Of a stretch of DNA of 64,000 nucleotides, positions 35,204 to 46,274 are shown one piece after another. Every line of letters starts with the position of its first letter. Within the stretch, counting starts at the first letter, position 1. The translations under genes and the position numbers were made by a program. The notes beneath the pieces are model-generated. The model searched no databases and had not been told where the DNA came from. It saw only the letters and a program-made list of their open reading frames with translations. Origin of the DNA: Thecamonas trahens ATCC 50062 (taxonomy: Eukaryota; Protista; Apusomonadida); assembly GCF_000142905.1 (NCBI RefSeq), contig NW_013657625.1:97690-161689 (forward strand), read 5' to 3'.

Positions 35204-37677
35204 CTACATCACAATGCAGTTCTTCTTTCCGCTCCGTACCGGCCTCCGCGTCCCATCGTTGGCAATCCGCATGCGAACTCGCTCCCGCCGACGCCACTGC
35301 CAGTCGTCAGGCACCGCGCCGGTCTCCTTGGCTTCGGCGACCTGGCCCTCCCATGCATCCAGCTCGTCGAGGTAGTCTGCAGGCGGCCATTGGTGGGACC
35401 GGACCCACGCCAAGTTGTCCGGGCCAAGAGCGCCCGGCGTGATGTGCGGTGCGAGCGGAACAACGTTCGATGCCAGAAAGTGGAGGAGAAAGGCCGCAAG
35501 CTGGCTCGCACCCTGGGCTTGCGACGCGTGCAACAGAGCCACGACGTCGATGCCCGACTGGCCGACAGACGCTGTCGTCGCCCGCTCGAGGATCTTGGAC
35601 CCGTACAGCTCAGTAAACTGCAAGAGCCGGAACAAGTTACAGTGCGCCGCCGCTGCCGCAATCGAGAACACATGCGACTCGCCATGGAGCACGGTCTCGA
35701 CGGTGCACTCGGAGACGCTCTCGCAGTGTGCGGTGTAGACAAACTCGAGACACGCACCAAGATCGGCTGCACCGAGCCGGGCATCCTCCACCACTACCGA
35801 TCCACCGCACGGCAGCTCGCGGACCAGCGAGTGGAGCCACGCGCACCGCGCCGCGAGCAGCGCCCGGTGAACCGGCACCCGCGCCTTGCCCACCTCGAGC
35901 CACGCATCCGCTCGGAGCGGACGGCCCAGGAACAATTCTTTGAGCCGCTCGCCCACAAGATCGTTCTTGTACGTCGTGATCGACGGGTTGAGCTCGTCGA
36001 GCGAGCCTGCCACGTTGTTGCAGCTTGTCAACAGGTGCTCAGCGCCAAACAGCTCGGCAGCAGCCCGGACCAGACCGAGTCGCTCCGAGCCGCGCGCACC
36101 CAGGTCGGTAGCGCCCGAGTAGAGGAACTCCAGCAGGGCGCCAAATCCGTCTGCGGTCACCTCGGCCGCGTCCAGGACTACCACAAGGCTCCATCCGAGC
36201 TCGTTGTTGGGCGGCGCTGCCAGCGACGAGCTCGCCTCACCGGCCGACTGGCTGCTGACCTCCTCGGGGCTCCCGTGCTCGGCATCGAGATGTGCCACCA
36301 GAGTCGACCTGGCCGCCACGTGCTCGCACCCATCCTCGGGACAATGAGCCTCTAGCTTGTCAACAAGGTTGCGGATGATGCGCGAGGCCGGCGCGACGGC
36401 GCTGGCGGCAACAGTTCCGCGGCAGGCCGGGCAGTTGGCGTGCTGGAAGAGCCAGTCCTTGAGGCATGTGGCACAAAAAATGTGCTCGCAGCCGGGTACA
36501 GCCACAGGCTCCAGAAACGGAAGCGTGCAGATGGAGCAAAGGAGCTCGTCGTCAATGTCCTCGTCGACGTACTCGAGCTCTGTAAGCCGAGCATCGACGC
36601 CAAGATCGAGGAGCGCGGCCGAGCTCGACGACGCTGCCCCGGCACCCCTGCCCCATCTAGCGCTGCCACCGACGCACCGGAGCCGTCAGGTGCCTCGACT
36701 CTGTAGAGGACGTTGTCGACTCGAGCAATCCACGACACCCCGCGTGGAAGCGCAATCCGCGCCACCTCATCGGCCTCGTTCGCCGAGAGCGCAGGGAGGA
36801 GGAGCCGGGCCAGCAGTGTCGACGCCGCGAGTACGATCGGCGAGTGGGCAAAGAATGAGGTCTCGGGTGCAGAGCCGAGAGACGGGACCACAAACCGGAG
36901 GTCGGCGTGGAGCGAGTTGTTGTACAGCGTGTGCAGATCGGCGCCAAAGGTCGCGGTCTCGATGTTGATCCATGGCGCGTGGAGGTCAACTACCTCGGGC
37001 AGTGCCGGCGGGGCAGGAATGCCAGCGTTGTGATCTTCGACCCCATCGTCCGAGTCGTACTCGTACTCGTAGTCATAGTCGGGCACAGCCGACGACGACG
37101 AGCCAGCACCCGAGCCCGAGGACTTGAAGAGCGAGAAGCGCGACTTCCTGCGCGAGCCTGCGCTGTTGATCACCGCCATGATTGCCGTGTCAAAGGCGGC
37201 CTTGAGCCCAGTGCCCACCAGCGCTGACGTCTCTGCATAGCTCACAGCACCGATACCATTGGCAAGTGCCTGAGCCTCGTCCCGAGAGACCAGCCGCTCG
37301 GCGTCAACGTCCCCCGCCCGCAAGTCCGCCTTTGTTCCGACCAGAATGATCGGGGTGTTGGGACAGTGGTGGAGGATCTCGGGCATCCACTTTGAGGAAA
37401 CGTTCTGAAACGAGGCGCGCGAAACAACCGAGAAGCAAAGCATGAAAACGTCTGTCTGTGGATACGAGAGCGGACGGAGGCGATCGTAGTCCTCCTGTCC
37501 TGCCGTGTCCCACAGACCGAGGCTGATCGGCTTGCCGTCGACCATGACATTGGCCGAGTAGTTGTCAAAGACCGTCGGCACGTACTCGCCCGGAAACGCA
37601 TTGGTCGTGTACGCAATGAGCATGCATGACTTGCCCACTGCCCCATCACCCACAACCACACACTTGATGGCCTGCAT
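35204..37677 (-). CDS. RHOBTB: RhoBTB-family protein (Rac-like GTPase + 2 BTB + C-terminal domain + CAAX) with inserted RING and Zn finger; 1-nt frameshift at ~36645
   Basis: Rac-like [34 protein letters not shown]; Pro-rich linker; [20 protein letters not shown] / [11 protein letters not shown]; BTB2 [10 protein letters not shown]; WPPADYL; [25 protein letters not shown] lies in the second frame. Confidence 0.88.
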
Positions 37678-37939
37678 CCTGACTACAACGCTCGTCGAGC
37701 TCGAGTTGGCGTGATGAGTGCCGTTCTGCTACCACCAGTTGCCCATTGTCGTGTCATGTTTTATGGTGTTGGGGCACTCCCCCCAAATGGGGGCACCCCC
37801 CTCCCCCCCCTCCCCGCGCTGTCCTCTCTGCTGACCTAGAAGTGGGCCGCGAGGGGCAGGGATGATCTATCGCTTGATGTTGGAACGATGAGCGAGCTTT
37901 ATCTGTACCATTATCACCATTGGCATGGGGTGTTGTGTG

Positions 37940-37975
<36 letters not shown>

Positions 37976-38680
37976 GCGGGGGAGGAGGGGAAGGGGGGGG
38001 TGAGGGGGCGCTTGTTGCGTGTTGTGTGCCCAGCTTGCTGCTGCCTGCATCCAGGGGTCGACGGCCTAGGCCAAAGCGTCTGATACGAGGAGCGATGACA
38101 TAGACGGGTGCATAGACAGCCGATTGTGAGTTGTTTTACTCAATAGGGCCGATCTACTGCTGTAGCCTGGGCTTTGATGGGCCAACGTGGCCGAACGCTA
38201 GCTTCGTCATGTCCTGCTCAGAGCACGATGTACCGATACAGGGCCAGGATGGATTCTTCGATGGGAGGACATGCTGCTGACACGACTGAGGAGGAAAAAG
38301 GTCAGCTCCGAGGTTGACAACGCCCGGCTTCCGATGCGGTGACAATGAACACGTCGCAGCCGGATTGTCAATGAGCACCCGCGATTTCAACTTCCGCTCA
38401 AACTGAAAGTACGAGACAACGGCTGAGACCATTCTTGGTGGACGCCGCCATGACTTGCCGACGATCATGTGGACGAAGCCTGACGAGTTTCCCTCGTCCC
38501 GGCGATGAAGGGCATCGTGCTCGTGTCGTGCTCGCTGTCGGCAGCTATCGACTCAAATCAGCGACCATTGTCTCCTGGGTGCGGCTCGAGCTCCCGAGTG
38601 CACGACTCGCGCTCGTACTCGGACGGCTGGTTTGTGTGAAGCCAGCAGCTCATTCGACTCCAGGCATAGAGGAGGAGTCA

Positions 38681-39258
38681 ATGGCTGTGGAGTATGTGAA
38701 TGTGGTGGTTGTGGGCGACGACGGTGTGGGAAAGACATCGCTGCTGTTGACCTTCTTCTGTGGGCGTTTCCTGGACGAGTTGGGAGCGAGGTGGTGCCGA
38801 CGGTGATGGAGAACGTGCAGATGCCTGTGACTGTGGACGGGAAATCGATGACCTTGACGCTGCGGGATACGGCAGGGGGCGATGACTTTGCTCGCATCCG
38901 GCCGTTGAGCTACCAGCGCGCAAGCGTAGCCCTTGTCTGCTTCTCTGTTGCCTCGCGATCGTCGTACGACCGCGTGAGCTCGGTGTGGGCGCCCGAGCTC
39001 GACGCACACTGCCCGAGCGTCCCGCGGCTTGTTGTCGGCCTCGCTACCGACGTCGGCGACGATCGGGTGGTGACAGCTGCTGAGGGCCGAGCGCTGAGCG
39101 AAGCCATCGGGGCGGCAGAATATGTCGAGGCATCGGCCAAGACCGGCGGCGTAGAGGCAGCCAGCGCGGTGCTGGACGCCGCGCTAGCGGTTGCGAGCGA
39201 GAGGAGGGCGGCGGCGGCAGCGGCAACATCAGCAACAAGAAGGTGTGCAGTGATGTGA
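38681..39258 (+). CDS. Atypical Rho-family small GTPase; 1-nt frameshift at GGG 38782-38784
   Basis: VVVGDDGVGKTSLL; after the shift EVVPTVMEN, DTAGGDDFARIRPLSY, YVEASAK, CAVM CAAX. Confidence 0.85.
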
Positions 39259-39315
39259 CGAGATACAAGTGGAGAGGCAGTTGCAAATGGTGTGTGTTAC
39301 GATGAAGCAAAAACG

Positions 39316-41179
39316 TTAGTCCATGTGCTTGATGATGGCCGAGCCAAACTCGGAGCACTTGAGAAGGGTGGCGCCCTCGGTGAGGCGGTGGAAGTCGTAG
39401 GTGACCTGGCCGGTGGAGATGGCACCGTTCATGCCCTTGATGATGAGGTCGGCAGCCTCGTTCCAGCCGAGGTAGCGGAGCATCATCTCGCCGGAGAGGA
39501 CAACAGAGCCGGGGTTGACCTTGTCGAGGCCGGCGTACTTGGGGGCGGTGCCGTGGGTGGCCTCGGCGATAAAGTGGCCGGTGGTGTAGTTGACGTTGGC
39601 GCCCGGGGCAATGCCGATGCCTCCGACGAGGGCCGCGGCCGAGTCGGAGAGGTAGTCACCGTTGAGGTTGAGGGTGGCGATGACGTCAAACTCCTTGGAG
39701 CGGGTGAGGATCTGCTGCAGGGCAATGTCAGCGATGGCATCCTTGACGATGACCTTGTTCTTCCACTGGGCGTTGCCGTGGGTGGCGCCGATGGCCTCGA
39801 TGACACCGGCGACCTCGTTGCGGAGCGCCTCCTGCTGGGTGGAGGTCATGAGGTTGTATCCGGGCTCGATGGCGCGGGCGTTGTCCTCCACAGACATGTC
39901 CGGGTTGCTGTCGAGGTTGCCGAGAATCCACGACTCGCGCTCGGTCACAATCTCGTTGCGGTACTCGGACTTGGCGAGGGCGTAGCCCCAGTCCTTGAAG
40001 CCACCCTCGGTGAACTTCATGATGTTGCCCTTGTGGACAAGGGTGACCGACTTGCGCGAGTTGTCAAGCGCGTACTGGATGGCCGACTTGACCAGGCGCT
40101 CGGTGCCCTCACGCGAGACCGGCTTGACGCCCATGGCGGCAGTGTCCGGGAAGCGGACCTTGTCGGCCACGCCCTTGTCCTGCAGCCAGCCAAGGAGCTC
40201 CTTGACCTCGTCCGAGCCCGACTGGAACTCGATGCCGGCGTAGATGTCCTCGGTGTTCTCGCGGAAGATGACAAAGTCGACGTCCTCGGGCTTCTTGATC
40301 GGCGTCGGCACGCCGGCAAAGTGGACAACAGGGCGGAGGCAGGTGTACAGATCCAGGATCTGGCGGAGTGCGACGTTGAGCGACCGGATGCCGCCGCCAA
40401 CAGGCGTCGTCAGCGGGCCCTTGATACCCACAAGGTACTCGCGGAAGGCGTCAATGGTCTCCTGCGGGAGCCACTCGCCGGTCTCGTTGAAAGCCTTCTC
40501 GCCGGCGAGCACCTCCATCCACTCGATCTTGCGCTCGCCACCGTACGCCTTCTCGACAGACGCGTCGATAACACGCGACGCGGACGCCCAGATGTCTGCG
40601 CCAGTACCGTCACCCTCGACGTACACCAGCGTCGGGTTGTTGGGCACATTCAGCTTGCCGGGCCCGTCCAACGTGATCTTGGCCTGCGCCACAGCGGCGG
40701 CCGAGAACGCACGCGCCGACGACCTGAAAGCCAGCCAACAACCAGCAATAGAGTAAGTATCGCCCGCCAATGCCACAGCGGTGGAGGTTGCACATCAACG
40801 CGCGTGGATGATCGCGGTGATCGCGGTAGCAATGCCAGGGAGCAGAGAGCCTCGGCTGTAGCTTGCGCTGGTGCAAGAGACGGCCGCCCGGCTAGTGGCA
40901 AGAGGCTTAAAAAAAGAAAACGCCCAAGTGCAGCCCAACAACCTAGCCATCGTCGTTGGCTTGTCCCCGACCCGCCTCCCCCCCTTCTCCACAGCCGGAG
41001 CTAGGAGGAACCAAGACGAGGTGAAAGAAAAGGGGAAGCAACCAAGGAGCAAGTAGTTTCCGCAACTGCTATCACCATTTCTCTCGCCTTCCAAACGGCC
41101 ACAACCGTAGGTACCAGAGGATGGCAGAGGTGACAAAGGCAGAGCGCGTCACCATGACTCGTCTAACCAGTTTATGCAT
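39316..41179 (-). CDS. icd: NADP-dependent isocitrate dehydrogenase, bacterial homodimeric (icd) type, with predicted mitochondrial transit peptide; exons ~41179-41115 and 40723-39316
   Basis: [80 protein letters not shown]. Proposed exon 1 is [21 protein letters not shown](W), spliced at gtacct...ttcag (exon 1 is inferred). Confidence 0.93.
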
Positions 41180-41656
41180 AACCATTGCATTGTTCATGCA
41201 TAAACTCTGGTCGCTCTCCCACGCCGCCCCAGCCCAGCCACCCCCCCCCAACACCCACCCACACATCCTTCCTCATCACTACTTCCCCTTACAGCACAAA
41301 CTCTTTCCACATAAGGTACACCGTAAAGGAGGGGGGGGGGGGGGAGGGAAAAGACAAAGGGGGTACGGTACGTACGCGAGCATGGTCATGGTCTGGGGGT
41401 TGAGGCGGCGAACAAACATTGTGTGTATCGACGTTAAGTGGTGGCGAATGGCGATGGTATTGGTCAACAATCGATGCCCAATGGTTGGCCATGTTGGCCA
41501 TACTGGCCCATCCTCCTCCCCCCCCCCCCCCCCTTCGCATCCTCTCCTCCTCCCCCCCCCACCCCACCGCCCACCGATACGCAGACTCACTCGACGCATC
41601 CGACGTGGCTGGAAAAGGGCAAGGGACGTGTGCTGGTGTGGAGGTAGCGGTGAAGA

Positions 41657-42493
41657 ATGGACGACGCTGAGGAAGTGGTGCGTGCCGCGCGGAATGAGCT
41701 TGCTGTGCTGGACAAGCTGGCGTACACCCATAGCAACCAGTATCGGGCGGTGTGCTTCTTCAAGTCATTGAAGAACATGCGGCGGATGGCAAAGAAGGTG
41801 CTCGACACGATCGAGCTCCCAGCAAGCTCGGGTGCTCGTCCATCGCCAGAGCGGGTGGTTGCAGCGGTCCGGATAGTCATCGAGCTCGCCAGAACGTGCT
41901 TTGATCAGGCCGGCAGCTACCTCGATCTCGGCCACCTCGGGCCAATGTCGGTCACTGTAATGGCCAGTGCAGCAGCAATGAGCAATCAGTTTGCCAAACT
42001 CAGGGATGTTCTGGTCAAGCAGGGAATCCCTTCTGAAGACCTCGGCTCCGGCGTGGCGCTGTCGAGATCGGCGTCGGCGTCCAAGAAGCGTCGCCGCGGT
42101 GGCATACCGTCGTCAACAACCTCGCGGCTGGCTGTCGAGCTCTCGTCCGGCGAGGAGAGCGATGACGAGCCCGTGGCTGCGCATTGGTCCCCTGCTGATG
42201 ATGTCCGACCGCGCAAGCGACCCAAGGTTGCGCCGGTGGGAGCCACGTTACGCGGCGACGACGTCATGAACCTGCTCAGGCTCGATGTGTTCCCGCCGAG
42301 CGGGTCGAGCGGGTCGAAGGAATCGCGGGGCAGCAAGGAGAGGCGAGAGAACAGGTTGAAGGGCAAGGGCAAGGATGGGGGTAAGGACAAGAACAAGGGC
42401 AAGGAGAAGGGCAAAAAGAAGAAGAAGGGAAAAGCCAAGGGCAAGAGCAAGGCGCAGTCAGAGATCGACTTGTTGTTTGCTGGCGTGATGTGA
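41657..42493 (+). CDS. Putative nucleolar protein, NEPRO/Rmp1 (RNase MRP subunit)-like
   Basis: LAVLDKLAYTHSNQYRAVCFFKSLKNMRR resembles the Rmp1/DUF4477 motif; Lys-rich tail ending EIDLLF. Confidence 0.55.
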   Translation: MDDAEEVVRAARNELAVLDKLAYTHSNQYRAVCFFKSLKNMRRMAKKVLDTIELPASSGARPSPERVVAAVRIVIELARTCFDQAGSYLDLGHLGPMSVTVMASAAAMSNQFAKLRDVLVKQGIPSEDLGSGVALSRSASASKKRRRGGIPSSTTSRLAVELSSGEESDDEPVAAHWSPADDVRPRKRPKVAPVGATLRGDDVMNLLRLDVFPPSGSSGSKESRGSKERRENRLKGKGKDGGKDKNKGKEKGKKKKKGKAKGKSKAQSEIDLLFAGVM

Positions 42494-42574
42494 CGCAGGC
42501 TGTGGCCCAAGCTGTGTCGCAAGCTATGGCGGACCCGATGGTTGTTGGGCGAGGGCAATGCCAAGCGGTACGCA

Positions 42575-43749
42575 CTACAGTCTGTTGAACTCGGACGAGA
42601 GCGCGTTACGCTTCTCGACAAGATTGAGGAGCTGGGTGTCCATGGCGCTGAGCTTGGTGTCCAGCTTCATGCGCTCCTCCATGAGCGAGTTGTATGAGTG
42701 AGTCGTCTCCTCGATCAGCCGTACCAGGGCAAGCTTGCGCTCGAGTGTCTCGGGCGTGAAATTGGCAATGACCTCGTTCTCGAGCTCGACAATGTCAGGT
42801 GTCGGCGCGGTCTCGGGAGCAACGACGCCGCCGAGCTCGCCACTGGAGGGCTCGCCATTGGGCGGCTCGCCATTGGGCAGCGGCGGTGTGGCGCTCTTGA
42901 TCTTGGTCCTGGCTCGCTTGACTTCAGCCTGCGGCTCGGGTGAGAGTGAACGCGAGCGCTTGCGGCTCGGATGCTCCTCGATCGCGCTGCTGATGGCAGG
43001 AAAGGGGAGCGGCACAAACTTGGCGATCTTGGACGGCTTGATCTTGGTGACAAAGCGGATGTCCTTGCCTTCAACAAAGTCAAGGCGAATGTGCTGAAAG
43101 TAGAAATGGCCCGGCGCGGCATCGGTGGCGGCGACAGTGACGTCCACGATGCCGTACTTGGCGAGGTATGCCGTAAAGGTCTCCCAGAGCGTCCGCGGCA
43201 GGCAAGAATGCGCGTAGACAGGCATCGAGAACTCGATCTCCAGGACCTGCGCCACAAACTGGGTTTGCGAGAAAATGACAAAGCCAAGCTGGTCGTGCCA
43301 CTTGCAGACCGAGTCAAAGGCCTCGTGTGAGAGAACCAGACTAAGAGCGTCGAGCAGCTCGCGGTTCTGGAAGAGCGGCCGTGCGAGCGCCACCAGCGAC
43401 GCCCCGGGCTGCACAATCGGCGGGCCTCGCTCGAGCTGGACCGACTCGCCGCGCCGGAACTTTGACCTACGCGCGTACACGAGCTTCACCGCCGACGTGT
43501 ACTGCTTGAGCGGATCGTTGACGGCCACAAAGCCAAACTCTTCCATGACCCGGATCAGGAGCCAAACGTGCGATGTTGGCAGCTCTTTGCCCGCTTGCCG
43601 CCACTCTTCAACCACGCTTGCGAGCATGACTGGCTTCTTCTTCCTCCTTTTCTTCGTTGTCTTACTCGCCTTGTCCGCCTTGCCCGCCTTGCCCGCCTTG
43701 CCCGAGCCCGATCCCGAGCCCGATACCGATCCCGAGTCTGCTTTTGATA

Positions 43750-43785
<36 letters not shown>

Positions 43786-44302
43786 TGGAGCTAGAGCTGG
43801 AGCTGGAGCTGGAGCTAGAGCTAGAGCTAGAGCCGGAGCCGGAGTCAGAGCTCGAGCTAGAGCTCGAGGTAGGGCTAGAGCTAGCACTCGACCTCTCTCC
43901 TGCATCCGAGTCCGAGTTTGAGTTGGGATCCGAGCCGGAGCTTGAACTCGCACTAGCACTCGAGCTGGCACTCGAGCTGGAGTTGTCATCGGACGAGTCT
44001 GTGCCCGCGGAGCTGGTGACAAGAGTGGTGGGCTTGGACGAGGTCGAGCCGATGCGAGCGAGGCGGAACGGATCTGCAGCGCTGTTGGCGGCTTCCGCTG
44101 TAAAGCAGGTCTTGGCGCAAAAGGTTTGATGCAAGCTGCATGAGCTCAGCTTTGACTCCAACAGGGCGGCATTGATGATGATGATAGCAGAGCCATCCTT
44201 TGTCCACTCTGCCGCGCCAGCCAAGACATTGCCAGTCTGGAGCAGCTGGTGAAGTCTGACCAATAGAGCCTCTGCCCTCGACTTTGGTCTCTTCTTTCCC
44301 AT
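42575..44302 (-). CDS. Protein with two degenerate HSF-type DNA-binding domains, Ser-rich insert and C-terminal coiled coil
   Basis: WTKDGSAIIIINAALLESKL...IRVMEEFGF..SKFRRG and SHEAFDSVCKWHDQLGFVIFSQTQFVAQVL..WETFTAYLAKYG..YFQH..F follow the HSF DBD pattern. Confidence 0.6.
43700..43982 (-). repeat. Hexamer low-complexity coding repeat (poly-Ser/Ser-Gly)
   Basis: gagcta/gagctg/gagccc units on the + strand. Confidence 0.85.
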
Positions 44303-44783
44303 CCACTCTGCTCTGACAACTACCTACGCTCCCTGGTCTTGCCTCCACCTCCCTTGAGCTACTCTCCGTCTCACGTGAGCTAATGCGAAGGAGTGAGAGC
44401 AATGTTCCTGGTGCCCACCACGGCCGCCCACTCGCTCGCCCTCGAGAGGATCTTGATGGATGGGAACCGGCGACGGTCCGAGGCGCAGGCCGAGGCGCAG
44501 GCTGAGTCGCATGCCGAGGTGGTAGACATGCGCATCGTGTAGTCAAACGATGAAGATAGACAGCTTGCGTTCATCACCAGAACGTAGGTCTCATCATCAG
44601 CTTCGTCTGATACTGCATCTGATCGAGCTGCTGCCGATGGCGAGCACAATGATCACAATGAGCTTGCCATCGCCAACGCAATCGTCACACCACAACCACA
44701 CGCAAGGACGCAGAGCCACAGCCACAGCCACAATCACAGCCACAGCCACTCGACTTGCTCCCCCCCCCCTTCACCGCCTCTCA

Positions 44784-46274
44784 ATGGGCTCCGTTCTACT
44801 AGAAACCACCCTCGGCAACATAGTCGTACGCAACCCCCTTCCCTTTCCTCCCCTCCCCTCCCCCTCCCCCTCTTCCCTCGCCACTCTCTCTTACCACTGC
44901 TCGACATGGACACAGATTGATGTGCATGCCGAAGTTGCACCTGTGGCGAGCTACAACTTTCTCAAGCTGAGCAAAATCAAGTTCTACGTTGGATCGCTGT
45001 TCTTCAACGTGCTCAAGGGCTTTGTGGTTGAGACGGGCGATCCGGTCGGCATCGGCTGTGGCGGCACCTCGGTGTTTGGCCTCTTGGGCAAACCGCCACC
45101 ACTACCGATGGCGGCAAAGATGGCTCCCGCCGCTCCAGCATCTGACGAGGGTGTGGCGCAGGGCCAGGTGCTGGCAGAGTGCGAGGGCGGATCGCAGGTG
45201 CTAGCCGGTATGGATTCGGCGCATCGCTGGTTCGGCGACGAGATCTCCGTCCTGCTTCGGCATGACGCGCGCGGCGCGGTGGCAATGGCCAACAAGGCGC
45301 CCGGTAAGAACGGCTCGCAGTTCTACATTACGCTTGCGGATCGTTCTGCCTCTCTGGACGCGCTCAACGGGAAACACACCGTGTTTGGGCAGGTTGCCGA
45401 AGGCTTTGACGTTCTCGACGCGCTTGACGCCGCCGTTGTCGACGACGCGGGACGGCCGTTCCATAACCTCCGAATCCGCGACACCCATGTGCTTGTCGAT
45501 CCGTTTCCGGACCCACCGGGCCTTGCGGCGCTTGCGCCGGTTGAGCTCCGCTCACCATGGCGCTTCCGTCCCGCCGAGACGGCACTCTTTGGTGACTCGC
45601 GCATCGACGACTCTGAGGCCGAGACGACCGCGCTGGCAGCCGCTGAGGCTGAAGCCGACGCCGAGGGCGAAGACGCTGAAGAGCGCAGGCTTGCCCGCGA
45701 GGCTCGCAAGCGTGCACAAGTCCTCGAGATCATCGGCGATCTGCCGTCGGCCGACGTCGCGCCGCCAGACACCGTCCTGTTTGTTTGCAAGCTCAATCCG
45801 GTGACCCAGGACGACGATCTGCACACCATCTTCTCGCAGTTTGGACCCATTGTCGAGTGCGCCGTCGTCCGCGACCGTGCCACTGGCGACTCACTCTGCT
45901 ACGCCTTTATCGAGTTTGCCACCAAGGACGACTGCGAGCGCGCGTACTTTAAGATGGACAATGCCCTCATCGACGACCGCCGCATCAAGGTTGACTTTTC
46001 ACAGTCGGTCGCCAAGCTCAAGTGGCAGGCGTTCAAGCACCAGCAGGGTGGCAGCACCCGCCGCTCTCGCCCGCCTCCCACCGCCCGCCCCCCACCTACC
46101 CGTCTTGAGCACAAGCGCTCGCGCTCTCGCTCGCGCTCGCGCTCGCCACCCCGCCACCGCTCTACGTCTTCGTCCCACGATCATCGCCGGCGACGTCACC
46201 GCCATGGTCACCGCCACCGCCACCGCCATGGTCATGGCCACCGCCACCGCCACCGCCACCGCCACCGTGACTAG
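44784..46274 (+). CDS. PPIL4: Cyclophilin-RRM protein (PPIL4/Cyp59/Rct1); exons 44784-44825 and 44916-46274
   Basis: SVLLETTLGNIV-IDV, NFLKL.K, GSQFYITL, GKHTVFGQVAEG, VLFVCKLNPVT..YAFIEF..MDNALIDDRRIKVDFSQSV, RS/RH tail. 90-nt intron gtacgc...acag. Confidence 0.93.
   Translation: MGSVLLETTLGNIVVRNPLPFPPLPSPSPSSLATLSYHCSTWTQIDVHAEVAPVASYNFLKLSKIKFYVGSLFFNVLKGFVVETGDPVGIGCGGTSVFGLLGKPPPLPMAAKMAPAAPASDEGVAQGQVLAECEGGSQVLAGMDSAHRWFGDEISVLLRHDARGAVAMANKAPGKNGSQFYITLADRSASLDALNGKHTVFGQVAEGFDVLDALDAAVVDDAGRPFHNLRIRDTHVLVDPFPDPPGLAALAPVELRSPWRFRPAETALFGDSRIDDSEAETTALAAAEAEADAEGEDAEERRLAREARKRAQVLEIIGDLPSADVAPPDTVLFVCKLNPVTQDDDLHTIFSQFGPIVECAVVRDRATGDSLCYAFIEFATKDDCERAYFKMDNALIDDRRIKVDFSQSVAKLKWQAFKHQQGGSTRRSRPPPTARPPPTRLEHKRSRSRSRSRSPPRHRSTSSSHDHRRRRHRHGHRHRHRHGHGHRHRHRHRHRD

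Noticed and set aside
39292-41004. 570-aa + strand ORF, and many similar long antisense ORFs
   Set aside because: Shadow ORFs of high-GC3 genes (here IDH), with no domain signal.
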